In this document: positions 55,491 to 64,000 of the stretch, in pieces
How positions within the stretch are numbered: position 1 is the stretch's first letter
Layout: each line of letters opens with the position of its first letter
Assembly (NCBI GenBank): GCA_963801165.1
Contig: CAWDDT010000005.1
Location: forward strand, 352,001-416,000
Direction of reading: 5' to 3'
DNA: 64,000 bases
Source: an uncultured bacterium
GTDB lineage: Bacteria > Actinomycetota > Acidimicrobiia > Spongiisociales > UBA5794
Notes under the pieces: model-generated
Told to the model about the DNA's origin: nothing
The model's database searches: none
Seen by the model: the letters and a program-made list of their open reading frames with translations, nothing else
Program-made: the position numbers and the translations under genes

Positions 55491-56444
55491 TCACACCCCC
55501 GCCAGTTCGTGGTGCTCCACCTCGTGCCGGAAGGTTGCTAGGAACCGCTCCAGATCTGGGAGGTCGTAGTCGAGCGCTAATGCGGTGGCACCTGCATCGA
55601 GCGTCGTGTCGATGGGGATGCGCATCCCTCCGGTGCCGCTGAAGTCGCCGGTGCTTGTAGTGATCAACCCGGGATCGAGGTCGAAAGCCTCTGCGGTTGC
55701 CGTGGCGAGAGCGACCCTTCCGATGCTGAAGCCGCCAACGCAGTGGAACACCCCGCGCACATCCTTCTCGATGATGCGCATGATCATCTCGGCGCTCTCG
55801 CTGGCCAGGCTCGGCGTCGCCCTCATGTTGAGCTGTCCGGTCCACACCGGGAATTGCCGCCCGGCCTGCAACTCGTGCACCACGGCACCGACGAAGTACC
55901 CCATTCCGACGTTCTGGGTGGGCACCCAATCCTCCCGCGCCCAGTGGGTCCCGCTCACCGCGGCCACCCGGGCGACCACCCCGTTGTCGGCAGTGGCCTG
56001 CACCAGCGTTTCGCAGACGACCTTGAGCACGCCGTACAGGTTGGTCGGGTTGGGTGGCGTTGCCTCCGTCGCCCCGGGTTGCGCACCGTCGAAGACCCAG
56101 TCGGTGGAGACAAGCACCATCTTGGCCCCGACCTCGTTGGAGGCATCGATCAGGGTCCTGGTGGCCTCTACGTATACGTTCCAGGCGGACATCCGATCCT
56201 TGTGCATCGCGTCCCAGTCCAAAGTCGCCGCCGAGTGCACAATGGCGTCGGGTTGAGCATCGAGCACCGCGGTGCGCATGGCGTCACGGTCGGTCATGTC
56301 GAGGTTCACGATCGAGAACTGCTCTCTGCCGTCACTGCGATAGCTGTGTGCCGTGGTGATCACGTCGGCGCCGTGCCGTTCGGCGGCCACCTTCACGATG
56401 TTGCTGCCGACGAATCCTGTCCCCCCGGTCACAAATAACTTCAC
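55491..56444 (-). CDS. RmlD-like NAD(P)-dependent sugar reductase (extended SDR)
   Basis: TGGTGFVG, STDWVFDG, YGVLK. Confidence 0.82.
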   Translation of the reverse strand: MKLFVTGGTGFVGSNIVKVAAERHGADVITTAHSYRSDGREQFSIVNLDMTDRDAMRTAVLDAQPDAIVHSAATLDWDAMHKDRMSAWNVYVEATRTLIDASNEVGAKMVLVSTDWVFDGAQPGATEATPPNPTNLYGVLKVVCETLVQATADNGVVARVAAVSGTHWAREDWVPTQNVGMGYFVGAVVHELQAGRQFPVWTGQLNMRATPSLASESAEMIMRIIEKDVRGVFHCVGGFSIGRVALATATAEAFDLDPGLITTSTGDFSGTGGMRIPIDTTLDAGATALALDYDLPDLERFLATFRHEVEHHELAGV

Positions 56445-56578
56445 AGCTCCTCCAGAGGGGACAGCTCCCGCGATCATATACAGGGCATCACCGCGAGATG
56501 GCGAGCCGGGTGGGAATCTCGACACGTTCCTCCGATTCTTCGGGGAGGTCCGTAGCATTGGGGGTGGAGGTGTGTGTG

Positions 56579-57667
56579 GTGACACTCGAATCAACCGTTC
56601 CCACCGTCTACTGGCATGAGTTGGACGACGGGCGTGTTCAATGTGACCTGTGCCCGCGGCAGTGCAAGCTCCGCGAAGGCCAGCGTGGCCTGTGCTACGT
56701 GCGGACCCGGGAAGACGACCAGATTGTCCTCACCACCTACGGGCGCTCCAGCGGATTCTGCATCGACCCCATCGAGAAGAAGCCGCTCAACCACTTCCTG
56801 CCCGGCACTCCGGTGCTGTCGTTTGGGACCGCAGGATGCAACCTCGCCTGCCGGTTCTGCCAGAACTGGGACATCTCCAAGTCGAAGGAGTTCGACACCC
56901 TCAGCGACCAGGCTTCACCGGAGCAGATCGCAGCTGCCGCCAAAGCGACCGGGTGCCGGAGCATCGCCTTCACCTACAACGACCCGGTGATCTTCCACGA
57001 GTACGCCATCGACGCCGCAGACGCGGCCAGGGACCAGGGCTTGAAAGCGGTGGCGGTGACGGCCGGGTATGTGATGCCGGATCCGCGCCGCGAGTTCTAC
57101 GAGCACATGGATGCTGCCAACATCGACCTCAAGGCCTTCACCGACGAGTTCTATCACCGTGTCTCCGCCGCCGCCCTCCGCCCCGTTCTCGACACGCTCG
57201 AATATGTCGCCAACGAGACCGACGTCTGGCTGGAGATCACAACGCTCCTCATCCCCGGGTACAACGACTCCATAGAGGAGATCGACGAGATGACCCGTTG
57301 GGTCGTCACCAACCTCGGCCCCGACATACCTCACCATTTCTCCGCTTTCCACCCCGACTTCAAGATGCTCGACGTTCCCCGCACGCCGCCGGCGACATTG
57401 ACCCGGGCTCGCCGGATCGCTCTCGACAACGGCGAGCGCTACGTGTACACCGGGAACGTCCACGACCCGGACGGTCAGACCACCTATTGCCACAACTGTG
57501 GAACCGCCCTTATCGAGCGCGACTGGTACCGGCTCGGCGACTGGCGGCTCGACGGCAACGGTCGCTGCACATCCTGCGGGACCGGATGCGCCGGCGTGTT
57601 CGAGTCGCAGCCGGGAACATGGGGAGCGGCCCGCCGCCCGGTCCGGATCAGCGGCTACAAATCCTGA
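56579..57667 (+). CDS. amrS: AmmeMemoRadiSam system radical SAM enzyme
   Basis: CDLCPRQC, DPIEKKPLNHF, CNLACRFCQN radical SAM motif. Confidence 0.92.
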   Translation: MTLESTVPTVYWHELDDGRVQCDLCPRQCKLREGQRGLCYVRTREDDQIVLTTYGRSSGFCIDPIEKKPLNHFLPGTPVLSFGTAGCNLACRFCQNWDISKSKEFDTLSDQASPEQIAAAAKATGCRSIAFTYNDPVIFHEYAIDAADAARDQGLKAVAVTAGYVMPDPRREFYEHMDAANIDLKAFTDEFYHRVSAAALRPVLDTLEYVANETDVWLEITTLLIPGYNDSIEEIDEMTRWVVTNLGPDIPHHFSAFHPDFKMLDVPRTPPATLTRARRIALDNGERYVYTGNVHDPDGQTTYCHNCGTALIERDWYRLGDWRLDGNGRCTSCGTGCAGVFESQPGTWGAARRPVRISGYKS

Positions 57668-57681
57668 GCCGCATTCCGGCT

Positions 57682-58464
57682 TCAGAGTCCCAGGACGAAC
57701 GCTCCGTATCCCACCACCCGATCGGATGGCCCGGCCGTGTCGCCCGAGTTTCTCAGGTCGAGCATCGTCACCCGATAGCCGAGACGGGTCGCCAGCTCCA
57801 ATGCAATCTGGATGGCCGTGCGCCCGCAGGCGGACTCATGCTCGAGCGCGGCCCAGTCGAGCCGGACGATGGCCGCGGCGGTGGCCGCGTCGAGGCGACG
57901 TGCAATCTTCGAGTCGTAGTAGTGCGAGAGATCCGAAGAGACGAGCAGCAATGTCTTGTCATCGAGAAGGGGGGCAACGACGTCGGCTCCCTGCCTGGGT
58001 GTTATCGCTCCGGTCAGCAGCGGCACCACCGAAACGCCCGGTGTCACCACCTGGAGGAACGGGAGCTGCACCTCGAGCGAATGCTCGCGCCTATGGGCCT
58101 CCGGGTCCTCGGTGACCAGCGAATCCGCCAACAGTCCGCGGCATGCATCCGCGTCGATCGAGACGATCCCGAGCGGTGTCTCCATACCGTCCGCCCCGGG
58201 CAACGTCATCCCGGCAAAAGGCACGTAGTGTGCCGGACCGAGCAGCACCACCCTCTCGACCGGCACGTTCTCGAGACACCGGTATGCGCGAGCCGCCACC
58301 GGTCCGGAGTAGATGTATCCCGCATGGGGAACAATCAGCATGCGCACCGACGAGTCGGGTTGCGGCACCCCTGCCGCGTCGAGGTGCGCCCGGACGTCGC
58401 CCTCCAGCCGGACGGGATCGGAGGGATAGAAAGTGCCTGCAACCGCAGCTCGGCGTGTCGACAT
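57682..58464 (-). CDS. amrB: AmmeMemoRadiSam system protein B (Memo-like)
   Basis: AVAGTFYP, PHAGYIYSG, EHSLEVQLPF, SSDLSHY, VVGYG. Confidence 0.92.
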   Translation of the reverse strand: MSTRRAAVAGTFYPSDPVRLEGDVRAHLDAAGVPQPDSSVRMLIVPHAGYIYSGPVAARAYRCLENVPVERVVLLGPAHYVPFAGMTLPGADGMETPLGIVSIDADACRGLLADSLVTEDPEAHRREHSLEVQLPFLQVVTPGVSVVPLLTGAITPRQGADVVAPLLDDKTLLLVSSDLSHYYDSKIARRLDAATAAAIVRLDWAALEHESACGRTAIQIALELATRLGYRVTMLDLRNSGDTAGPSDRVVGYGAFVLGL

Positions 58465-58545
58465 ACGACTCCTTCTTCTCAAGGGTACGCTCGCCCGTCA
58501 CCACCGACAAGGTGTGGTCAACCGAGCGACTGACCCCTACACCGC

Positions 58546-59160
58546 TCAGTCGTTCTCGACACAGTGCGGTGTGCCCGCATCAATCGGCCAGATGGCTTCG
58601 GCGTCCGCAGCGCGAGCTCGCAGTTCGGTGGCGTCGATCACGAGACGGCATTCCGGAATGGCGAAAGCCGGCCACTCGGCGACGATAGTCAGCGGTCCCG
58701 CCGGCGGCAGAGGCCACACCCAGTACTGCATGTTGTAGGAATCCTCTCCCCCTCCGCCCCGGCGAAAGCCGATAATCGGTTGCTTGGGTCGGTCGTCGGC
58801 GTGCTTGGGCTGCCACCGTCGCTCGAGATTTGTCCACTTCGTCCCGTCCGCCAGCATCACCCCCAAACGAAGAAAGTCATCCGAAAGCGGTTGCGATCGC
58901 GGTCCGTGCAGATCGAAAACGAGATCACCCTGATAGTCCTCCGGGTTGCGAAAGCGGACATGAAGGGTGAACTCGAGACCGTTCGGGTAGACCAGGAAAC
59001 GGTGGGCCATCATGAACACCTGGTCGGTCTTGAACACCTGAGCGTTCTGCGCCGACACACCCGGCAGCATGCCGGGTGGCGGTCCCAGCCACTCCGGCTG
59101 CTGCCCTCCCGGCCATCGAGGCGGTTCGGGAGGTGGAGCAGGAACCTCGAAGAAGCTCAC
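58546..59160 (-). CDS. Hypothetical protein
   Basis: GTG start MSFFEVPAPPPEPP; WVWPLPPAGPL motif; fills the gap between amrB and amrA. Confidence 0.65.
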   Translation of the reverse strand: MSFFEVPAPPPEPPRWPGGQQPEWLGPPPGMLPGVSAQNAQVFKTDQVFMMAHRFLVYPNGLEFTLHVRFRNPEDYQGDLVFDLHGPRSQPLSDDFLRLGVMLADGTKWTNLERRWQPKHADDRPKQPIIGFRRGGGGEDSYNMQYWVWPLPPAGPLTIVAEWPAFAIPECRLVIDATELRARAADAEAIWPIDAGTPHCVEND

Positions 59161-59214
59161 GCCGGAACAATAGCGAGCCTGGTGGTTGTCGCCTCGTGGC
59201 GATACATTGGAGCC

Positions 59215-59742
59215 ATGGACGAGCATCCCTACGTGCAGCTGGCCAGACAGGCGATCGAGCGCTACGTGAAGGACAACGAGCTGATTCGCCCGGACGCCGA
59301 GCCCGGCGATCCGCCGCCGGTGGCATTGTTTGTCTCGATTCACGAGCGACCCGAACCCGGGGAGGCCGAAGGACGCTTGCGAGGATGCATCGGATCTACC
59401 GTTCCCACAGAGCCGACTCTGCGTAGCCAAATCGCCCGCTTGGCCGTATCGGCAGCCGTGTCCGACCCGAGGTTCCCACCGCTGACACCGGGTGAGCTGG
59501 AAGGACTCGACATAACCGTCTACCTGCTCGGCGAGCGAGAGCAGGTGGCTGATCTCTCTCAGCTCGACCCTGCCCGCTACGGCGTCATCGTCGAGAAGCA
59601 CGGGCGCATAGGCCTTCTGCTGCCTGCGATCCCATCGATCACGACCCCGGAACAGCAGGTCGCAATTGCCCGGCAGAAGGGACGCTTCCGCCCCGACGAG
59701 GACTTAGCCATGTACCGTTTCGAGGCAACGATCCTGCATTGA
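59215..59742 (+). CDS. amrA: AmmeMemoRadiSam system protein A (AMMECR1 domain)
   Basis: LRGCIG, DPRFPPL, GLLLP, KG. Confidence 0.9.
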   Translation: MDEHPYVQLARQAIERYVKDNELIRPDAEPGDPPPVALFVSIHERPEPGEAEGRLRGCIGSTVPTEPTLRSQIARLAVSAAVSDPRFPPLTPGELEGLDITVYLLGEREQVADLSQLDPARYGVIVEKHGRIGLLLPAIPSITTPEQQVAIARQKGRFRPDEDLAMYRFEATILH

Positions 59743-59804
59743 TCGGCGTGTTTTGCGTCGCACATCTCTCCTAGGCTGGCTCTTCACGCGATAGAGGAGC
59801 TTGC

Positions 59805-60371
59805 ATGGCTGTGGAATCGACAATGCTCGCGCTGGGAACCGCGGCGCCCGATTTCGATCTCGTTGACACAGTGAGTGGCCAACCCGTCAGCTTGGCCGAC
59901 CATTCTTCCAAGGCGCTCGTGGTCATGTTCATCTGCAACCACTGCCCATACGTCAAGCACGTCCAACAAGGTCTGGTCGAGTTCGGTCGTGACTATGCGG
60001 ACGCCGATGTGGACATCGTGGCCATAAGCTCCAACGACGCCACTGCCTACCCGGACGACGCCCCCAACGAGCTAGCCGCAACCGCCAGGAGGTTGGGCTA
60101 CCCCTTCCCGGTCCTCTACGACGAGACGCAAGAGGTGGCCAGGGCGTACACCGCGGCGTGCACACCGGACTTCTTTGTCTTTGGTCCCGAGCGCACCCTC
60201 GTATATCGCGGTCGCTTCGACGAATCGCGCCCCGACTCCGGCCTCCCGGTTACGGGCGCCGACCTACGAGCTGCGGTCGATTCCGTAATCGCTGGTGAGT
60301 CGGTCGCCGATATGCAGTACCCCTCGATGGGATGCAGCATCAAGTGGGCCCCGGGAAACGAGCCGTACTGA
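59805..60371 (+). CDS. Thioredoxin family protein (AhpC/TSA-like)
   Basis: FICNHCPYV, AACTPDFF, SMGCSIKW. Confidence 0.9.
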   Translation: MAVESTMLALGTAAPDFDLVDTVSGQPVSLADHSSKALVVMFICNHCPYVKHVQQGLVEFGRDYADADVDIVAISSNDATAYPDDAPNELAATARRLGYPFPVLYDETQEVARAYTAACTPDFFVFGPERTLVYRGRFDESRPDSGLPVTGADLRAAVDSVIAGESVADMQYPSMGCSIKWAPGNEPY

Positions 60372-60392
60372 TCCCATGACCTGACTCGTACC

Positions 60393-61388
60393 TCAGCCGG
60401 TGACCTGCTCCATCCACGCGACCAGCTCGTCGGGAAGGTCGATACCCTCGGCCGCAGAGCGCTCTCTGTTGCCGAGACGGCGGCTGCCGGGAATCCGGGT
60501 GCCCGGCTGGTCGGTGACGGCATCGAGCAGCACCTCGAGCCGCTCCGTATAGCTGCCTCCACTGAGCGGACCGGGATCGAAGCCCAATAGGAACTGCCCT
60601 ACCCGCGGCGGCTCACCTTCGGTCTCGAAGAACGAGGACGCCTCGAAACCAAAGTTGGCGCCTGTCATTGCAGCCGCCATGATCTCGACGGCCAGCACCA
60701 GGGCCGCACCCTTAGCGTCGCCGAGTGGCAGCATCGAGCCGCCGAGCGCGGCCGCAGCGTCGGTGGTTGGCTTGCCGGCGGCGTCCAATGCCCACCCCTC
60801 AGGTATCTCCCGTCCCGTGTCGGCGGCGAGCTTCACCTTGCCCCGGGCTTGTTTCGAGAGTGACAGATCGACAACCACTGGAGGAGCAGCCGTCCGCGGG
60901 AATCCGAATGCCATCGGGTTGGTGCCAAAAAGCGGTCGGAACCCACCCCACGGAGCAATGCCCGCAGGCGAGTTTCCGACCACCATCCCGACAGCGCCCC
61001 TCTCGGCGAGCCGCTCCACGTGGTGACCCGCTACGCCGAAGTGATGCGAGTTGGTGATGGCGATCCCGGCGATGGGCGTCACGGCCAGCATGTCGACCAT
61101 CGTCTCGATCGCCAGATCGAGGGCCGGGAAGGCAAACCCCTCCCGGGCGTCGATGCGGGCCGCCGAAGGGCCCAGTATCTCGAGCTCGGGGACGGCGCTA
61201 CCGGCGACCTTGCCCGTCGTCACCTGACCGGAGTATGCCCGGAGCCGTGCCAGTCCGTGTGAGTGGAGACCGTCGGCGTCGGCCCGAACCAGCGCCAGGG
61301 CCACCGACCCTGCCGCCGGCTCGGATGTGCCTGCGTTCACCAGCACCCGCCTGGCGAGCTCCACGAGCTGTTCCGCAGTGCGGATCAT
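60393..61388 (-). CDS. Ldh_2 family oxidoreductase, ComC-like (R)-sulfolactate dehydrogenase
   Basis: SHGLARL, SHHFG, FGTNP, DAKGAAL; directly downstream of suyAB-like genes. Confidence 0.78.
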   Translation of the reverse strand: MIRTAEQLVELARRVLVNAGTSEPAAGSVALALVRADADGLHSHGLARLRAYSGQVTTGKVAGSAVPELEILGPSAARIDAREGFAFPALDLAIETMVDMLAVTPIAGIAITNSHHFGVAGHHVERLAERGAVGMVVGNSPAGIAPWGGFRPLFGTNPMAFGFPRTAAPPVVVDLSLSKQARGKVKLAADTGREIPEGWALDAAGKPTTDAAAALGGSMLPLGDAKGAALVLAVEIMAAAMTGANFGFEASSFFETEGEPPRVGQFLLGFDPGPLSGGSYTERLEVLLDAVTDQPGTRIPGSRRLGNRERSAAEGIDLPDELVAWMEQVTG

Positions 61389-61397
61389 CGCCGTCTC

Positions 61398-62561
61398 CTA
61401 TGCAGACTGGTACAGCTTGGTGAAGATGAATTCACGATGGCCGAGCGTCTCGGCTGCAGTGTTCCGTCCGTTCGCCGTACGCACGACCATGTCGATCAGC
61501 GCGTCACCGGCCTCATCGAGAGTCATCTCGCCGCTGAGCAGACCAGAGACGTCGAGGTCGACGTGGTCGGCCATGAGCCGGGCGGTACGGGGATTCGCCG
61601 TCACCTTGATCACGGGCATTACCGGGTTGCCGATGATGTTGCCCTGACCCGTGGTGAAGATATGAAGCGCAAACCCGGCCGCAGCCTGAAGCGTGTTGCA
61701 CTCGGCGGCTGCAGACGACGTGTCCATGAAGTACAGCCCCGGCCCCTTGGTCGGGGGCTGGGCCGGTACCAGCACATCGATGTACCTGGTGGCCTTCCCG
61801 ATCTTCTGCAGGTTGCCGAACGCCTTCTCCTCGATCGTGGTCAGACCACCTTCGATGTTGCCTGCGGTCGGCTGGCTCTCCGACAGATCGCTCGTCTTGT
61901 GTTGGTTGATCATGTCGTTGTAGGCGTTCCAGGTATCCAGGAACTTCTGCCGTACCTCGGGAGTGGCCGCCCGTTCGGCGCACACCATCTCGGCGCCGGT
62001 CAGCTCGGAGGTCTCCCCAAAGCAGAGGTATTGGCCCTCAGGCTCGAGTTTGTCCATCAGGTTGCCGACGGTCGGGTTGCTGGCGAGACCGGAGGTCGTG
62101 TCCGACTCACCGCATTTGGCGGCGATCCACAACTCGCTCAGTGGTACCTCTTCGCGCTGAAGCTCGGTCGCGTACTGAACGAACTCCTGCGCCTTGCGGC
62201 CGGCCATTGCCGCGGTCTCGAGATCGCCATGCCGCTCGATGGAAAACCCGGCGACCGGTTTCCCGGTGGCGGCGATGCCGTCGACTACCCGCTGGGTCCA
62301 CTTGGGCTCGATCCCGATGACGATGGCGGCAGCGACGTTCGGGTTGGACCCGGTACCGATGAGCGTGTCGAAGGTCAGTTCGAGGTCGGGGCCGAACTGG
62401 AGACGGCCGTAGGCATGGGGCAGGGCGATGGTACCGACGATGTTGTTGGCGACTTTCTCTGCGCACACGTTCGAGATGTCATCGACCGGGAGAATGATCA
62501 CGTGGTTGCGGATGCCGACGCGGCCGTTCTTGCGCCGGTAGGCGTTGATGGTTCGAGTCAT
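61398..62561 (-). CDS. suyB: UxaA-family hydro-lyase large subunit, probable (R)-sulfolactate sulfo-lyase beta subunit
   Basis: [54 protein letters not shown]; 387 aa, resembling SuyB as recalled. Confidence 0.78.
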   Translation of the reverse strand: MTRTINAYRRKNGRVGIRNHVIILPVDDISNVCAEKVANNIVGTIALPHAYGRLQFGPDLELTFDTLIGTGSNPNVAAAIVIGIEPKWTQRVVDGIAATGKPVAGFSIERHGDLETAAMAGRKAQEFVQYATELQREEVPLSELWIAAKCGESDTTSGLASNPTVGNLMDKLEPEGQYLCFGETSELTGAEMVCAERAATPEVRQKFLDTWNAYNDMINQHKTSDLSESQPTAGNIEGGLTTIEEKAFGNLQKIGKATRYIDVLVPAQPPTKGPGLYFMDTSSAAAECNTLQAAAGFALHIFTTGQGNIIGNPVMPVIKVTANPRTARLMADHVDLDVSGLLSGEMTLDEAGDALIDMVVRTANGRNTAAETLGHREFIFTKLYQSA

Positions 62562-62572
62562 CGTTTCCTCCT

Positions 62573-62857
62573 TCACCACTTCTTGGTCTTGACGTTATGG
62601 ATGTGAACGTGATGGCCGGTGGAAATGTCGTCGGTCACCAACCCGATGTCGTACCCGTACTTGATCAGGGTGTCGCCCCTGGCGAGATCGACGAGCGCGA
62701 TCTTGTGACCGAGCGGGATCGGCTCCTGCGCCTTCATCGACCTGCTCTCGTTTGTGTCCATGACCCAGACGGTCAGGTCCTGGCCCGTCTCGATCCCTTC
62801 AACAACAGCGACTCCGACCGAGTCGGAACTGTCGTGGATGACTATGTCCGGTTTCAT
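62573..62857 (-). CDS. suyA: SAF-domain small subunit, probable sulfolactate sulfo-lyase alpha subunit
   Basis: 94 aa; [37 protein letters not shown]. Confidence 0.78.
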   Translation of the reverse strand: MKPDIVIHDSSDSVGVAVVEGIETGQDLTVWVMDTNESRSMKAQEPIPLGHKIALVDLARGDTLIKYGYDIGLVTDDISTGHHVHIHNVKTKKW

Positions 62858-62875
62858 TGTTGCTGCACCTCCGGT

Positions 62876-62909
62876 AGGCGGTTTGCCAGGCGGTTTGCCA
62901 GGCGGTTTG
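62876..62909. repeat. 12-bp tandem repeat AGGCGGTTTGCC x2.8
   Basis: Direct inspection of the suyA leader. Confidence 0.75.
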
Positions 62910-62917
62910 TTGTGCGT

Positions 62918-62931
62918 TGGTACCGGTTCCA
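62918..62931. promoter_or_regulatory. LacI-type operator-like palindrome TGGTACCGGTTCCA
   Basis: One mismatch from TGGAACCGGTTCCA, upstream of suyA. Confidence 0.45.
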
Positions 62932-62973
62932 TTGGCACACGCCGCCGACTGTAGCAGGGTGTGCCGAACGTTT

Positions 62974-64000
62974 TCAGGACATGTCCTCGCCGAGGACCTC
63001 CGTCATCATCACAGGGCGACCCTCGTCTATTGACAGGTGGGCCGCCTGCCCGACCGCGACCGCCAGCAGCCCGTCTTCGAGCGTGACAGAAGCCGGCGTC
63101 CCGGTGCGGATCGCGGTGGCGAAGTCGAGATGCTCCAGATAGGACGCACCCTCGTGGAGACCGCGGTAGGCGACGTGATCCTCGGACACGGCGACCTCCC
63201 TGACAGAGCGCTCTGCGCGTCTCCCGACCCGCATCACGGCATCGGGGACGAACGACTCCACCTTGCCGACGTCGCCGGTCACCGCAAGCTCCTGCTCGTT
63301 GCGTGACCCCTCGGCGAACATGCACAGGTCGAGCAGCGCCCTGATGCCGTTCTCGAAGTCGACGATGACAAAGGCGTTGTCGAGCAGATCCGGGGTCTCA
63401 CCGTTGTACCGCTCCTGGAGATGGTTGACGTCCTGGGCACCCGAGCCGTACACCCGGACCGGGCGCGACTCGGCAATGAGGGTCATCAGGTCGAAGAAGT
63501 GGCAACACTTCTCTACGAGAGTCCCGCCGGTGTTGCGGTTGAACCTGTTCCAATCCCCCACTTTGACCAGGAAGGGGAACCGGTGTTCGCGGATGGCGAT
63601 CATCTTGATGTTGCCGACCGCCCCGGCACGCACCTGCTTGATCAGCGCCTGGATCGGCGGCTTGTATCGATACTCGAGCCCCATCCAGATGATGCCCTTG
63701 TGCCCCTCAGCGGCCTTCAGGATGCGCCGGCATTCGGCAACTGTTGTCCCGAGCGGCTTCTCCACCATCACGTGGACGTCGGTGGCGAGGATGTCCTCCA
63801 TGATGTCGGCGTGTGTGTGATTCGGTGATACGAGAACCACCGCATCACACACACCGGCCGCCAGAAGATCCCGATGAGACTCGAAGACCATGTTGTCCGC
63901 GATGTCCGCGGTGTTCTGACCGAACTTGCGCGACCGGGGATCCGGGTCCGAGATCGCCACGACACTGGCCCCATCGATTGCATTGACGTTGTTTATGTGC
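62974..64000 (-). CDS. Gfo/Idh/MocA-fold protein, probable NAD+-dependent sulfoquinovosidase (GH188-like); 5' end outside the window
   Basis: Frame open to the window edge (HINNVNAIDGA...); VEKP, GLEYRY, REHRFPFLVK, GGTLVEKCCHFFDLM; adjacent to suyAB. Confidence 0.7.
   Translation of the reverse strand, partial: HINNVNAIDGASVVAISDPDPRSRKFGQNTADIADNMVFESHRDLLAAGVCDAVVLVSPNHTHADIMEDILATDVHVMVEKPLGTTVAECRRILKAAEGHKGIIWMGLEYRYKPPIQALIKQVRAGAVGNIKMIAIREHRFPFLVKVGDWNRFNRNTGGTLVEKCCHFFDLMTLIAESRPVRVYGSGAQDVNHLQERYNGETPDLLDNAFVIVDFENGIRALLDLCMFAEGSRNEQELAVTGDVGKVESFVPDAVMRVGRRAERSVREVAVSEDHVAYRGLHEGASYLEHLDFATAIRTGTPASVTLEDGLLAVAVGQAAHLSIDEGRPVMMTEVLGEDMS

Overview
High-GC (about 65% by eye) chromosomal window, probably from an actinobacterium of class Acidimicrobiia. 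That placement is inferred from the rpsF-ssb-rpsR-rplI-dnaB gene order, the NarL/HisKA_3 signalling genes and the Cys-containing SLH-like repeats. All product calls come from motif recognition; no database search was run. Contents: (1) 0.9-12.8 kb, a signalling island with a divergent cNMP-binding protein and MBL hydrolase, a translationally coupled operon (two membrane proteins, a REC-class III nucleotide cyclase fusion, two paralogous HisKA_3 sensors), a DtxR-EfeU-cupredoxin iron module and two more response regulators. The two sensors are degenerate in complementary ways: one keeps the phospho-His but has lost its ATP-binding boxes, and the other keeps the ATPase but has His replaced by Glu. 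This suggests an obligate heterodimeric kinase driving a cyclic-nucleotide circuit and is the top finding. (2) iolB/GntR, an FtsX-type ABC exporter, and ROK/MsiK/LacI/PfkB sugar genes. (3) A 1433-aa surface metallophosphoesterase-malectin-Ig-SLH protein followed by a MITE-like remnant. (4) dnaB with a 426-aa LAGLIDADG intein, plus the S6/SSB/S18/L9 operon. (5) A variant inositol-type catabolic cluster with three perfect TGGAACGTTCCA LacI-type operators. (6) AmmeMemoRadiSam genes. (7) A probable organosulfonate locus (GH188-like sulfoquinovosidase, suyAB, comC-like dehydrogenase) cut by the window end. No rRNA, tRNA or CRISPR array was seen.
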